DNA of 64,000 nucleotides. It comes from Planctomycetota bacterium. GTDB taxonomy: Bacteria; Planctomycetota; PLA2; JAEUHO01. Positions 28,679-37,727 of the stretch are shown here, piece by piece (within the stretch, counting starts at the first letter, position 1; each line of letters opens with the position of its first letter). The stretch spans positions 64,001 through 128,000 of the forward strand of contig JBFWRP010000004.1 in NCBI GenBank assembly GCA_050248855.1, read 5' to 3'. The notes beneath the pieces were generated by a model, which ran no database searches, was not told the origin of the DNA, and saw only the letters and a program-made list of their open reading frames with translations. Both the position numbers and the translations under genes were made by a program.

Positions 28679-30280
28679 ATGGAGCCCATGCGCCCGTCCC
28701 CTGCCCCGCGGCCCCGCCGCCTCGATGCCGTCCTGGCGGCCGTGGTAGGGCTCGCCGCGCTCGGCTTGTCCGCCCCGTCCGCGCGCGCCGAGGAGGCTCC
28801 GCCCGCTGCGCAGCAAGGCGACACGATCACGTGGGTCGAGGGCGTGGCGAAGGCCTTCGAGATGGCTCGCGAGAAGAACCGCATGGTGATGATCTGCATC
28901 AACAGCACGCGGGTCGACGGGGGCCGCAAGGAGCCGGCGGCCGAGGGCTTGCGCGAGGTCGTCTACAAGGACCCGCGCATCGTGGGTCGCTCGCGTGACT
29001 TCGTGTGCGTTTTCCTGGGCGCCACCTCGAGCGGAGACGACTTCGGCGAGCTCAAGGTGCTCTTCGGCATGGACGGCTACATCGTCTCCCCGCAGCACAT
29101 CTTCGCGCGTCCGGACCACCAGGGCGGGGACCCGCTCGTGCGCCTGGAGTACTGGCCCTACGGCAAGGACCAGAAGGCCGTGGACGAGCTGATCGCGCTC
29201 ATGGACAAGGCCGCCGAGCGCTGGCGGGCCGAGGGAGGGACACCGCCCCCCACCAGCGGCACGCCCGACGGCGGTGCGCCCGGTGCGCCGGAGGGCGGCG
29301 CAGCGCCCGGAGCCGATGCGGCCGGCGGCGCGGCGCCGGCGGGCGAAGCCGAGCGCAAGGCATGGATCGATGGGCTTCTGGCCATCGTGCGCGCGGGCCC
29401 CACGCCGCGGCGCGTCGAGGCCATCCGCACGCTGATGGTGCACGACCAGGAAGGCGACACGATCGACCCCCTGATCGCGATGCTCGCCGAGCCCGAGAGC
29501 GGGAAGAACACGAGCTTGGTCGTGGACCTCGTCCGCGGGCTGGGTCGCCCCGGTCTCGTCAAGGCCGCCCCGGGCATCGCCGAGCACCTCGGGCACAAGG
29601 AGCAGCTCGTTCGTGCCAACGCGGCGGTCAGCCTGGAGTACATCGGCTGCCCGGACTCGGTCGACGCCCTGGCCAAGCAGGTCAAGCGCGAGAAGGACGC
29701 GGTCACGGCGAGCCACATGTGGCGCGCCTTGGGCCGCTGCGGCGTCGCCGACTCGAAGGTGCGTTCGAGCCTGCTGAAGGCCGCGGGCGACACCAAGGAC
29801 GAGATCGAGACGTTCGGCCCCATCATCGGGCTGGCCTACTTCAAGGGCGATGCCAAGGCCGCCCGCGGCGTCGAGAAGCTCGCGGCCAAGCTCGGTCCTC
29901 CGTCCTTCGGTCGGCGCGGCGGCGGCCAGGGCTTCTCCAAGCGCAGCATCTACATGTGGGTGCTCGCGTCGATCGCCGACCCGAAGTCCGCGGAGTTCGT
30001 GCAGGACCGCATGCTCGACCCGCTGGAGCACGTGCAGAACCAGTGGATCGGGCGCACCAAGCGCTTCTACCGCAACGTCAAGAAGGCGTGCGAGGGCGAA
30101 GAGGGCGCGCTGTCCGAGGTCGAGGGCGGCGTGCAGTTCATCCTGGGCATGGGCGAAGGCAACCCGCTGCAGGACATCGCCCGCGAAGGCCGCGAGGACG
30201 CCGGCTTCAAGCCCCTCTTCGACTGGAAGGTCGCAGGCGGACAGGGGGCCGGCGGCATGGGCGGCGGCGACGAGGAGTGA
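28679..30280 (+). CDS. Secreted protein: CxxC-less thioredoxin-like N-terminal domain, Gly/Pro linker, HEAT repeats (533 aa)
   Basis: GGAGGA RBS. Signal peptide ending ARA|EE; 'ITWVEGVAKAFEMAREKNRMVMI' Trx_7-like start; HEAT motifs 'VRANAAVSLEYIG' and 'MWRALGRCG'. Confidence 0.65.
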   Translation: MEPMRPSPAPRPRRLDAVLAAVVGLAALGLSAPSARAEEAPPAAQQGDTITWVEGVAKAFEMAREKNRMVMICINSTRVDGGRKEPAAEGLREVVYKDPRIVGRSRDFVCVFLGATSSGDDFGELKVLFGMDGYIVSPQHIFARPDHQGGDPLVRLEYWPYGKDQKAVDELIALMDKAAERWRAEGGTPPPTSGTPDGGAPGAPEGGAAPGADAAGGAAPAGEAERKAWIDGLLAIVRAGPTPRRVEAIRTLMVHDQEGDTIDPLIAMLAEPESGKNTSLVVDLVRGLGRPGLVKAAPGIAEHLGHKEQLVRANAAVSLEYIGCPDSVDALAKQVKREKDAVTASHMWRALGRCGVADSKVRSSLLKAAGDTKDEIETFGPIIGLAYFKGDAKAARGVEKLAAKLGPPSFGRRGGGQGFSKRSIYMWVLASIADPKSAEFVQDRMLDPLEHVQNQWIGRTKRFYRNVKKACEGEEGALSEVEGGVQFILGMGEGNPLQDIAREGREDAGFKPLFDWKVAGGQGAGGMGGGDEE

Positions 30281-30329
30281 GTGCCTGGGTCACCGCGCAC
30301 CCGCGCACCTCGGGGCGTGAGCGCACTCT

Positions 30330-30878
30330 TCACCGTGGGGCGATGAAGGCGTCGCGGTAGTACCTGAGCTCCTCGATCGACTCGCGGATGTCGGCCAGTG
30401 CCTCATGCAAGCCGGCCTTCGGCGGCGGGTCGACCTTGCGCGGGTACCAGCGGCGCAGCACTTCCTTGATGGTGCTCACGTCCACGTTGCGGTAGTGCAA
30501 GTGGTCATGCAGGCGGCGCATGTGCCGCCACAGGAAGTGGCGGTCCGTGTGGATCGAGTTGCCGCAGAGCGGGCTCTGGCGCGGCAGGGTCCAGTCCTCC
30601 AGGAAGGCAAGCGTCCGCGCCTCGGCCTCCCGGGCGTCCACGCGGCTGGCCCGCACGCGATCCAGCAGGCCGTTGGCCGTGAAGTGCTCGCGGCTCCAGT
30701 CGCTCAACGTGGCCAGCTGGCGCTCGTCGTTGTGGACCACCAGGACCGGACCCTCCGCGAGGACCTCAAGATCCGCGTCGGTCACGAGGGTGGCGATCTC
30801 GAGGATGTGGCACTGGTCCGGGTCCAGGCCGGTCATCTCCAGGTCGATCCAGACGAGGTGGTCGGGGCTCTTGGGCAT
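30330..30878 (-). CDS. orn: Oligoribonuclease (182 aa)
   Basis: LVWIDLEMTGL, LCGNSIHTDRHFL, HYRNVDVSTIKE, HEALADIRESIEELRYYR. Confidence 0.96.
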   Translation of the reverse strand: MPKSPDHLVWIDLEMTGLDPDQCHILEIATLVTDADLEVLAEGPVLVVHNDERQLATLSDWSREHFTANGLLDRVRASRVDAREAEARTLAFLEDWTLPRQSPLCGNSIHTDRHFLWRHMRRLHDHLHYRNVDVSTIKEVLRRWYPRKVDPPPKAGLHEALADIRESIEELRYYRDAFIAPR

Positions 30879-31065
30879 CGGGGTTCCAGGGGACACCGCA
30901 GGGACCATCCCGGGGGCCGTGCCCCGCGGTGGCGCGCGAGGCTACCAACGGGCCACGACCGCGGCGCCCGCGCGGTCACGGTTCGGGCCGTGGTGCGGCC
31001 CGCCGTGCAGCCGGGGCATCCAGATCCCCCTTTGAGGGTGGCGGGCGCGGGCTAGGTTGTCGCGG

Positions 31066-31830
31066 GTGGACGACGCCCCCACCGAGCCGACCCCGCGCCT
31101 GCTCTCGCTCGTGGTGCCCGTGCACGACGAGGAGGAGAACCTCGGTCCGCTCTGGGCCGAGATCGAGGCGCTGCTCGAGGGCCTGGACCTTCCCGCCGAG
31201 GTCGTCTTCGTCAACGACGGGAGCGCCGACGGCAGCAGCGCGCTCCTCGACGGGCTGATGCAGGCCGACGAGCGCGTCCGCGTCATCGACCACCCCCGGA
31301 ACCTGGGTCTGACCGCGGCGTTGAACACCGGATTCCGCTGCGCCCGCGGGGACGTGATCGGCATGCTCGACGCCGACATGCAGAACCCCCCCGCCGAGAT
31401 CGCCAAGCTGCTGGCGGCCTTGCCCGGCCACGACATGGCCATCGGCTGGCGGCGCGACCGCCACGACTCGTGGCTGCGCAAGATGCAGAGCCGCATCGCC
31501 AACGCCTACCGCAACCGCCGCACGTTCGAGCAGGTCCATGACGTGGGCTGCGGGCTCAAGGTGTTCCGCGCGGAGATCCTCCAGCACGTCAAGCTGTTCA
31601 ACGGCATGCACCGCTTCTTCCCGACGCTGGCCCGCATGGAGGGCTACCGCATCACGGAGGTGCCGGTGGCCCACCGCCCGCGGGCCGGGGGCCGCAGCCA
31701 CTTCGGCATCTGGAACCGTCTCTGGAAGGGCCTGCGTGACGTGAAGGTCGTGCGCTGGATGTGGGCCAACCACCTGCCACGCACGGGTACCGAACGGCAC
31801 GTCACCGATCGGACCCGTTCCCGGTCGTGA
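31066..31830 (+). CDS. Glycosyltransferase family 2, polyprenyl-phosphate glycosyltransferase (ArnC/RgtE-like, 254 aa)
   Basis: SLVVPVHDEEENL, VNDGSADGS, RNLGLTAAL, LDADMQNPP, DVGCGLKVFR, GMHRFFP, VAHRPR. GTG 31066 chosen (alternative TTG 31057). Confidence 0.9.
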   Translation: MDDAPTEPTPRLLSLVVPVHDEEENLGPLWAEIEALLEGLDLPAEVVFVNDGSADGSSALLDGLMQADERVRVIDHPRNLGLTAALNTGFRCARGDVIGMLDADMQNPPAEIAKLLAALPGHDMAIGWRRDRHDSWLRKMQSRIANAYRNRRTFEQVHDVGCGLKVFRAEILQHVKLFNGMHRFFPTLARMEGYRITEVPVAHRPRAGGRSHFGIWNRLWKGLRDVKVVRWMWANHLPRTGTERHVTDRTRSRS

Positions 31831-32486
31831 GCGGCTTCCTCGCTCCCGTCGTCGCGTTCCAGGTCTTCGACGCGATCGGCTGGCTCGGCCAGGGCCTGTT
31901 CGTGCTGCGCATGGTCGTGCAGTGGTGGGCCAGCGAGAAGGCCAAGGCCAGCGTCGTCCCCCGGCTGTTCTGGACGCTGTCGCTGCAGGCGACGGCATTG
32001 CTGCTCGTCTACCAGTGGCACCGCAAGGACCCGGTGTTCCTGGCAGGCTTCCTCGTGAACCTGGCGATCTACGTCCGCAACCTGATCTTGCTGTCGCGCG
32101 AGGGCAAGGTCGCGCCGAAGGGCCGCAGCCCATGGCCGCCGCTGGTGCTGGGCCTCGTGGGCTTCGCCATCCTGGCCGCGGCGGCTCGCGACAAGCTGGC
32201 CTTCGACACGGATCCCTTCTGGCTCGCCTTCGGCTTCCTCTTCCAGGCGATCTGGAGCAGCCGCTTCGTCGTGCAGTGGATCTTGAGCGAGCGCCGGGGA
32301 CGCAGCCACCTGCCGGCGTCCTTCTTCTGGCTGAGCCTGGTCGGGTCGGTCGGCCTGTTCGCCTACGCCGTGCACCAGATCGACTGGGTCATGATGTTCG
32401 CCATGGTCCTGAACCCGATTCCCTACGTCCGCAACCTGATGCTGATGCACCGGGCCAAGCGCGCCTCCGGGGCCTCGGACGCATGA
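31827..32486 (+). CDS. Tandem LAB_N (lipid-A-disaccharide synthase N-terminal) domain membrane protein (219 aa)
   Basis: GTGA overlap. Two repeats: GQGLFVLRMVVQWWASEK..SVVPRLFW..SL...IYVRNL and FQAIWSSRFVVQWILSER..SHLPASFFWLSL...PYVRNL. Confidence 0.85.
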   Translation: MSGFLAPVVAFQVFDAIGWLGQGLFVLRMVVQWWASEKAKASVVPRLFWTLSLQATALLLVYQWHRKDPVFLAGFLVNLAIYVRNLILLSREGKVAPKGRSPWPPLVLGLVGFAILAAAARDKLAFDTDPFWLAFGFLFQAIWSSRFVVQWILSERRGRSHLPASFFWLSLVGSVGLFAYAVHQIDWVMMFAMVLNPIPYVRNLMLMHRAKRASGASDA

Positions 32487-34138
32487 CATCTCCCGAGGGC
32501 CTGCTCGACCCGCTCGACGGATGGGGCTACGGGCGGCGCAGCACGCTCCTGTTCGTTGCCTTCGTCGTGGGCGTCGCGCTCTACGACCTGGGCAGTCGCA
32601 GCCTCCACGTCCATGACACCGCGCGCTGGGGCCTCCTCGCCCGCGAGATGGTGCAGGGCGGCGAGTGGCTCGTCCCCCACCGCTACGGCGAGCTCTACGT
32701 GAACAAGCCGCCGCTCTACCTGTGGCTGGTCGCCGCCCCGTCGGCACTGCTCGGCGAGGTCACGCCGTTCTTCGTGCGCCTCCCCAGCGCGATCGGCCTG
32801 GTCCTGTTGGTGCTGGGCACCGCGGCGTGGGGACGCCTGCGCCTCGGGTCAGCGAAGGCCGCGCGCTTCGCCGCGCTGCTCGCACTGGCCACGCCGTCGG
32901 TGCTGTGGCTGGGCCGGGAGGGCCGGCTCGACATGCTCGGGAGCGGACTCGCCGTGGTGGGCGCTTGGCAGGTCGACCTCGCGGCCAGCGGGCGCGGCAC
33001 GCGGCGCACCCCATGGGTCGCAGGGCTCCTGCTGGGTCTTGCGCTGCTCGTCAAGGGGCCGCCGCTCCTGCTGGCGCCGGTTCTCGCGGCGTGCCTGCCC
33101 TTCCCGGGCCAGCCCGTGCGGGCACGCTGGCGGACGAGCCGGCCGTGGATCGTGCTGCCCGTCGCCGTGGCCGTGGCGCTCCTCTGGTTCGTGCCCGCCG
33201 TCCTCCAGGCCGGCTGGCAGGCCTACGGACAGCCCTTGCTCGTCGGCCAGGCCGCGGACCGCCTCGCCGGCGAGAGCACGCACACGCACGGCGCGCTCTA
33301 CTACCTCGGCGCCATCGCGGAGGGCATGGGCCCGTTCGGCGTGGCCTACCTGGCGCTGGGCCTCTTCGCCTTCACGCCGCGGGGTCGGCGCCTGCTCGGC
33401 CAAGGCGCCGGTCCGGCGCGCCTGTTCCTCGTCGGTGTGCTGCTGTTCGCGCTGGTGCCGACCAAGCACGTGCGCTACCTCGCCCCCCTGGTTCCGTTCG
33501 GCGCGCTGGGCCTGGCCTCCGCGCTGCTGGCGTGGCGCGGCGAGCGTGGGCTCCTCATGTGGAAACGCTTGGCCTGGGTCGGCACGGTGGCCCTGCTGCT
33601 GGTCGCGCCGCTCCTGATGACGTGGGGCACGCAGGCGCGCTACGGCCACGGCGCTCCCGTGGTCGTGCCCGCCGCGGCCCTGCTGCTGTTCGCGGCGGCG
33701 AGCCTCGCCGCGCTGCGCCGAGGCGCCCTCGCACCCGACGTCGTGGCCCGTGCCGGACTGGCTGTCGGCGTCACCTTGTTCCTCGTGGCCGGCCTGGCCC
33801 TCAGGTCGCGCTGGTTCACGACCGACAAGGAGCAGCTGGTCGAGGCGATCCGGGCCGCCCGCACCGAGGGCGACCGCGTCGTCACGGTGCACGGCACGAC
33901 ACCCGAGACGATCTTCCACGCGGCCGAGCAGGCCGCGTGCGTGCCCGACCCCCGCGACGTGCCCTGGGACGGACACCCAGGTGCGTGGATCGTCCTCGCC
34001 CGCGCCGAGCGGATCGCCGAGGTCGAGGCGGCCGCGGGTCGTCCTGCCGTCCTCGTGGCCGAGCGCCCGGACGCACACGAGGTCGCCCTTCGGCTCGCGG
34101 CGCTCCCGGGCGATGATGGCCGGTCCCGAGGAGACTGA
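32483..34138 (+). CDS. ArnT/PMT-family (GT83) lipid-linked sugar transferase (551 aa)
   Basis: ATGA overlap. 'DTARWGLLAREMVQGGEWLVP...YVNKPPLYLWL', RLPSA, LVKGP, TKHVRYLAP; many TM helices. Confidence 0.88.
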   Translation: MTSPEGLLDPLDGWGYGRRSTLLFVAFVVGVALYDLGSRSLHVHDTARWGLLAREMVQGGEWLVPHRYGELYVNKPPLYLWLVAAPSALLGEVTPFFVRLPSAIGLVLLVLGTAAWGRLRLGSAKAARFAALLALATPSVLWLGREGRLDMLGSGLAVVGAWQVDLAASGRGTRRTPWVAGLLLGLALLVKGPPLLLAPVLAACLPFPGQPVRARWRTSRPWIVLPVAVAVALLWFVPAVLQAGWQAYGQPLLVGQAADRLAGESTHTHGALYYLGAIAEGMGPFGVAYLALGLFAFTPRGRRLLGQGAGPARLFLVGVLLFALVPTKHVRYLAPLVPFGALGLASALLAWRGERGLLMWKRLAWVGTVALLLVAPLLMTWGTQARYGHGAPVVVPAAALLLFAAASLAALRRGALAPDVVARAGLAVGVTLFLVAGLALRSRWFTTDKEQLVEAIRAARTEGDRVVTVHGTTPETIFHAAEQAACVPDPRDVPWDGHPGAWIVLARAERIAEVEAAAGRPAVLVAERPDAHEVALRLAALPGDDGRSRGD

Positions 34139-34147
34139 CCGGGCCCC

Positions 34148-35089
34148 ATGCACGTTCTCGTCACCGGCGCCGCCGGGTTCATCGGATCGCACCTGACGGA
34201 TCGGCTGCTGGCCGAGGGCGCCGCGGTCACGGGGATCGACGACTTCGATCCCTACTACGACCGCGCGCTCAAGGAGCGCAACCTGGAAGGCGCCCGCGCG
34301 CAGCGCGGGTTCCGCTTCGTCGAAGCCGACATCAACCGGGCAGACCTGGACGACGTGCTGCGCGGCGTCGACCGCGTGGTGCACCTCGCCGCCAAGGCCG
34401 GCGTGCGCGGGTCGTGGGGAACGAGCTTCGACAGCTACCTCGACGCGAACGTGCGGACCACCCAGCGCTTGCTCGAAGCCTGCCGCCGCCACCCCGTCGG
34501 CCTCTTCCTCTACGGCGGCAGCGCCAGCGTCTACGGCGACGAGGCGCTCGAGCCCGTGGACGAGAGCTACGTCGGCACCCCGCACAGCCCCTACGGTCTC
34601 ACCAAGTGGGCGGCGGAGAGGCTGGCGTTCACCTACCGGGCGGTCTTCGGCATCCCCGCGGCCGCGGCCCGCATCTTCTCGTGCTACGGCCCGCGCGAAC
34701 GCCCGGACAAGGCGATCCAGATCTTCCTCACGGCGGCCCGCGACGGGCAGCCGATCACCGTGCATGGCGACGGCTCGCAGCTACGCGACTTCACGTACGT
34801 CGGCGACGTGGTCGACGGCCTCGTGCGTGCGCTCGAGCGCAGGCCGGACGGGGCCGTGTTCAACCTGGCGCGCGGTGCCACGCGGCCCCTCGCGGACGTG
34901 CTCGGCGTGATCCGGAGCGTCACGGGTCGCGACCTCGAGGTCCGCTACGGGCCGCGCCAGGACGGCGACGTGCGCGTCACGGCCGGCGTCATCGAGCGGG
35001 CCCGGGCGCTGCTCGGGTACGACCCGCGCGTCGATCTCGAGGAGGGCATTGCCCGGCAGTGGGCGCTGGTCGCCGGCGAACAGGGTTAG
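34148..35089 (+). CDS. NAD-dependent epimerase, UDP-glucuronate 4-epimerase-like (313 aa)
   Basis: VLVTGAAGFIGSH, HLAAKAGVRGS, YGLTK (YxxxK), YGPRERPDKAI, RDFTYVGDVV. Confidence 0.88.
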   Translation: MHVLVTGAAGFIGSHLTDRLLAEGAAVTGIDDFDPYYDRALKERNLEGARAQRGFRFVEADINRADLDDVLRGVDRVVHLAAKAGVRGSWGTSFDSYLDANVRTTQRLLEACRRHPVGLFLYGGSASVYGDEALEPVDESYVGTPHSPYGLTKWAAERLAFTYRAVFGIPAAAARIFSCYGPRERPDKAIQIFLTAARDGQPITVHGDGSQLRDFTYVGDVVDGLVRALERRPDGAVFNLARGATRPLADVLGVIRSVTGRDLEVRYGPRQDGDVRVTAGVIERARALLGYDPRVDLEEGIARQWALVAGEQG

Positions 35090-35265
35090 GGCCCGTCCGG
35101 AAACAAGTCTCAAGTTTCGCGCCCAGGCTTGCGTCAGATTCGCCGGCGACGACCGAGCGAATCCGCAGGCGCAGTCTGTTTGCGTTGAGGAATTCGCGAC
35201 GGAGGAGCCGCCGAAGATGGCGTGAGAATGGGATGCGAAAGTGAGAGTTGTTGACGGACGGGCCC
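35089..35265. mobile_element. Non-autonomous palindromic element (MITE-like), ~177 bp
   Basis: Imperfect ~32-bp terminal inverted repeats with a perfect 12-bp outer part (AGGGCCCGTCCG at 35088 / CGGACGGGCCCT ending 35266). Internal palindrome, no credible ORF, sits at the epimerase stop codon between convergent genes. Confidence 0.7.
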
Positions 35266-35282
35266 TTGGCCCGGGCCGACGT

Positions 35283-36791
35283 CTACTCCAGGACGAGGTC
35301 GGTCCAGGGCATCTCGATGGCCCGGTAGGCGGAGTCGCAGCGTCCCGTGGGCGAAGCCCGGAAGGCCACCGTGCCGTTGTCGCGCACGAGCAGGACGTGC
35401 GCGGAGCCACCGTCCACGGGACCCGACGACGCGACCAGCACATCGTGGGCTCGCGTGCGGTAGGCGCTCGAACAGAACGCCGAGTAGTCCTCGAGGTCCA
35501 GCTCGAACACCCAGTCCTCCGTCGCCGTACGGGCGACGGGGTCGATCACGTACTCGACCACGCGGCTCACGACGCGCGTGTCGCCGATGTCGGGCAGGAT
35601 GATGTGGCCGCGCCCGTTGTCGAAGCACATGAGGCGGGACCCGTCGTCGGAGATGGACAGGGCGTGCTGCCCGATCGGGGGCAGGCCGTTGACGGTCAGG
35701 GCCAAGGGCGCCAGGCTGTTCGGGAAGCCCTGGAACCAGAGCTTGTCCGGGTTGCCCAAGATCCAGCGGATGGCGCCCGTCGCGTAGTCGACCTTGATGA
35801 CGAAGTTCTCGCGGCTCGAGGCGATCACGCTGTCGTCCGACGCGTCGTACACGGCGCTGTTCATGTGGAACCAGTCGACACCGGGTTGCACGAACGGCGT
35901 GGGATCCTCGCCCTCCGCGATGATGGCGCCCGCGACGATGTGGTCGAAGTCCCACACCCGCAGCAGCTCGCCCTCGCGCGTCATCTCGGCGATGACGGAC
36001 TCGGGGCGCATGTAGATGCCGTCGTCCCAGGTCACCGTGTTGAGGATGCCGTGCTTGCCCGGCTCGAGGTTGTGATGGGAGAGCAGGCAGCGGGCATCCT
36101 GCATCTGGCCGTTGACGCGGTTGCCGATCCAGTCGACCTGGTGGAACGCGTTGCTGAACAGCGAGCCGACGACGAGGCCGTCCGCCGTAACGAGGAAGGG
36201 GAACACGGGCTCGCCGAAGTCGGGCGCACACCAGCGCACCGCACCGTCCGTGTCGACGACGATCGGAGGCGTCGCACCCTGGGCCGCGAAGTAGTCCAGC
36301 GTCAGGTCCGGGTCGGCCTGGTCCACGACCCACGGGAGGATGCCTGGCACCTCCGCGGGCGTCTCGATGACGAGCGACGTCGAGGTGGTGCCCTGCCCCA
36401 CGATGCCGATGTCGATCTCGACGTCGTTCATGGCCGAGGCGTACAGTCCGAACACGGGGATCACGGCGTGCCCGGCAAGGCGCGTGAACGCACCGTGGCG
36501 CTCCAGCCAGGAGCGCTCGAAGCGGACGACCACGTCGCGTGCGCGGGCGCCCGGAGCGGACCGCACGCGGAAGGTGATGTGCTCGACGGTTTGCGGGTCG
36601 GTGACCGGCAGGTCCACTTCCGCGGCGTGGGGCATCGGGCCGGGCAGGACGCGCGGCTGCTCGATGATGCTCGGAGCGATCTCGCCACCACACGCTGCAA
36701 GCAGGGCCAAGCCGGCGTACGCAAGCAAGCCGCGCGCGACGCGGCGCGCGGCGCGGCGTCCCCCTGCGACTGGTTCCTCGATGCTCGACAT
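35283..36791 (-). CDS. Arylsulfotransferase (ASST-family) lipoprotein (502 aa)
   Basis: GGAG RBS. Lipobox LLAAC, 'IPVFGLYA..N' Ig-like N-domain, VDTDGAVRW, SHHN, DWFHMNS..YD, SSRE, IRWILG, GQHA, FDNG. Confidence 0.8.
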   Translation of the reverse strand: MSSIEEPVAGGRRAARRVARGLLAYAGLALLAACGGEIAPSIIEQPRVLPGPMPHAAEVDLPVTDPQTVEHITFRVRSAPGARARDVVVRFERSWLERHGAFTRLAGHAVIPVFGLYASAMNDVEIDIGIVGQGTTSTSLVIETPAEVPGILPWVVDQADPDLTLDYFAAQGATPPIVVDTDGAVRWCAPDFGEPVFPFLVTADGLVVGSLFSNAFHQVDWIGNRVNGQMQDARCLLSHHNLEPGKHGILNTVTWDDGIYMRPESVIAEMTREGELLRVWDFDHIVAGAIIAEGEDPTPFVQPGVDWFHMNSAVYDASDDSVIASSRENFVIKVDYATGAIRWILGNPDKLWFQGFPNSLAPLALTVNGLPPIGQHALSISDDGSRLMCFDNGRGHIILPDIGDTRVVSRVVEYVIDPVARTATEDWVFELDLEDYSAFCSSAYRTRAHDVLVASSGPVDGGSAHVLLVRDNGTVAFRASPTGRCDSAYRAIEMPWTDLVLE

Positions 36792-37180
36792 GTGCGTGCT
36801 CCGCCCCAGGCGACACGCTCTTTGTCGCACCGTGCGCAGGCTGGCGAGAGCCCGGATTGCAGCGTTTTGGCAGCCTTGGGGCCAACGTCGCGACAACCAC
36901 GATTCCACCTGCGGAGGCGCGGTTGCGACGTGCGTTCACGAGCTGCGCGACATGCAGGCGCACAGGTGGCAAGCAGGTTCACACCACCCGTCGCAAGCAC
37001 GCGAAAGGCCCGCCATCGAGTTCGCGCGTGCGTACCCGCTTGCGATGCGTGGGGACCCTTCCAGCACATGTCCGTGCCTGCGATCCCAGGTGTGCGATGC
37101 CGCACGCTCCGTCTCGCGGGCGGCAACCGCGCTTCCATGCCGCCGCGCGATGCGCGGGGCCCGCATTCCGACCGCCTTCG

Positions 37181-37591
37181 TCAGCTTTCGGGGCCCATCA
37201 TGCGCTTGCCTTCCTGGTCCGCGCCCACGATGGCGCCGAGCGCGCCCCAGACGACGCACGCGAGCAGCGCGTAGGGGGCCGCGACGCCGCGTCCGGCGAG
37301 GGCCACGAGGACCAACCCGGCAGCGACGGTCGAGAGCGAGGCCTCGGCCACGCCCGGTCGGCGCAGCGCGACCACGAGTCCGTATGCGGCGTACACGGGC
37401 ACCTGCCACCACGTCCACGCGATGCCGGACGGGATCACGAGGCCGTTGAAGAGGATCATGCCGATCACCGCGCCGATCACGTTCAGTCGCACGCGCCGCA
37501 GACGATGCGGGGCGTTCCAGGCCCAGCGCGCCTCTTGTGCGACGTTCTGCTGGTGCAGCTTGTCGAGCTCGGCCTGGGGCAGGACGCGCAT
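37181..37591 (-). CDS. Small hypothetical membrane protein (start uncertain: 37591, 37621 or 37672)
   Basis: Four hydrophobic segments and genome-like codon usage; fills the gap divergent from the P-type ATPase. Confidence 0.6.
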   Translation of the reverse strand: MRVLPQAELDKLHQQNVAQEARWAWNAPHRLRRVRLNVIGAVIGMILFNGLVIPSGIAWTWWQVPVYAAYGLVVALRRPGVAEASLSTVAAGLVLVALAGRGVAAPYALLACVVWGALGAIVGADQEGKRMMGPES

Positions 37592-37727
37592 GCCGTAGGT
37601 GACGGGACGCTCGAGCCCCACGCGGTCGTGGCGCTTCGGGGTCCAGGCAGGGGGCTCACGACGCGAGCGCACGAGCCCCTATCGGCCAGGGAGTGGGCCC
37701 CACCCAAGGCGAAGGCAGGATGGTGGC

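Noticed and set aside
28190..30031. Apparent 1108-aa GatA fusion
   Set aside because: The extension runs over gatC and antisense to the HEAT gene; the real start is the GTGA overlap at 28189.
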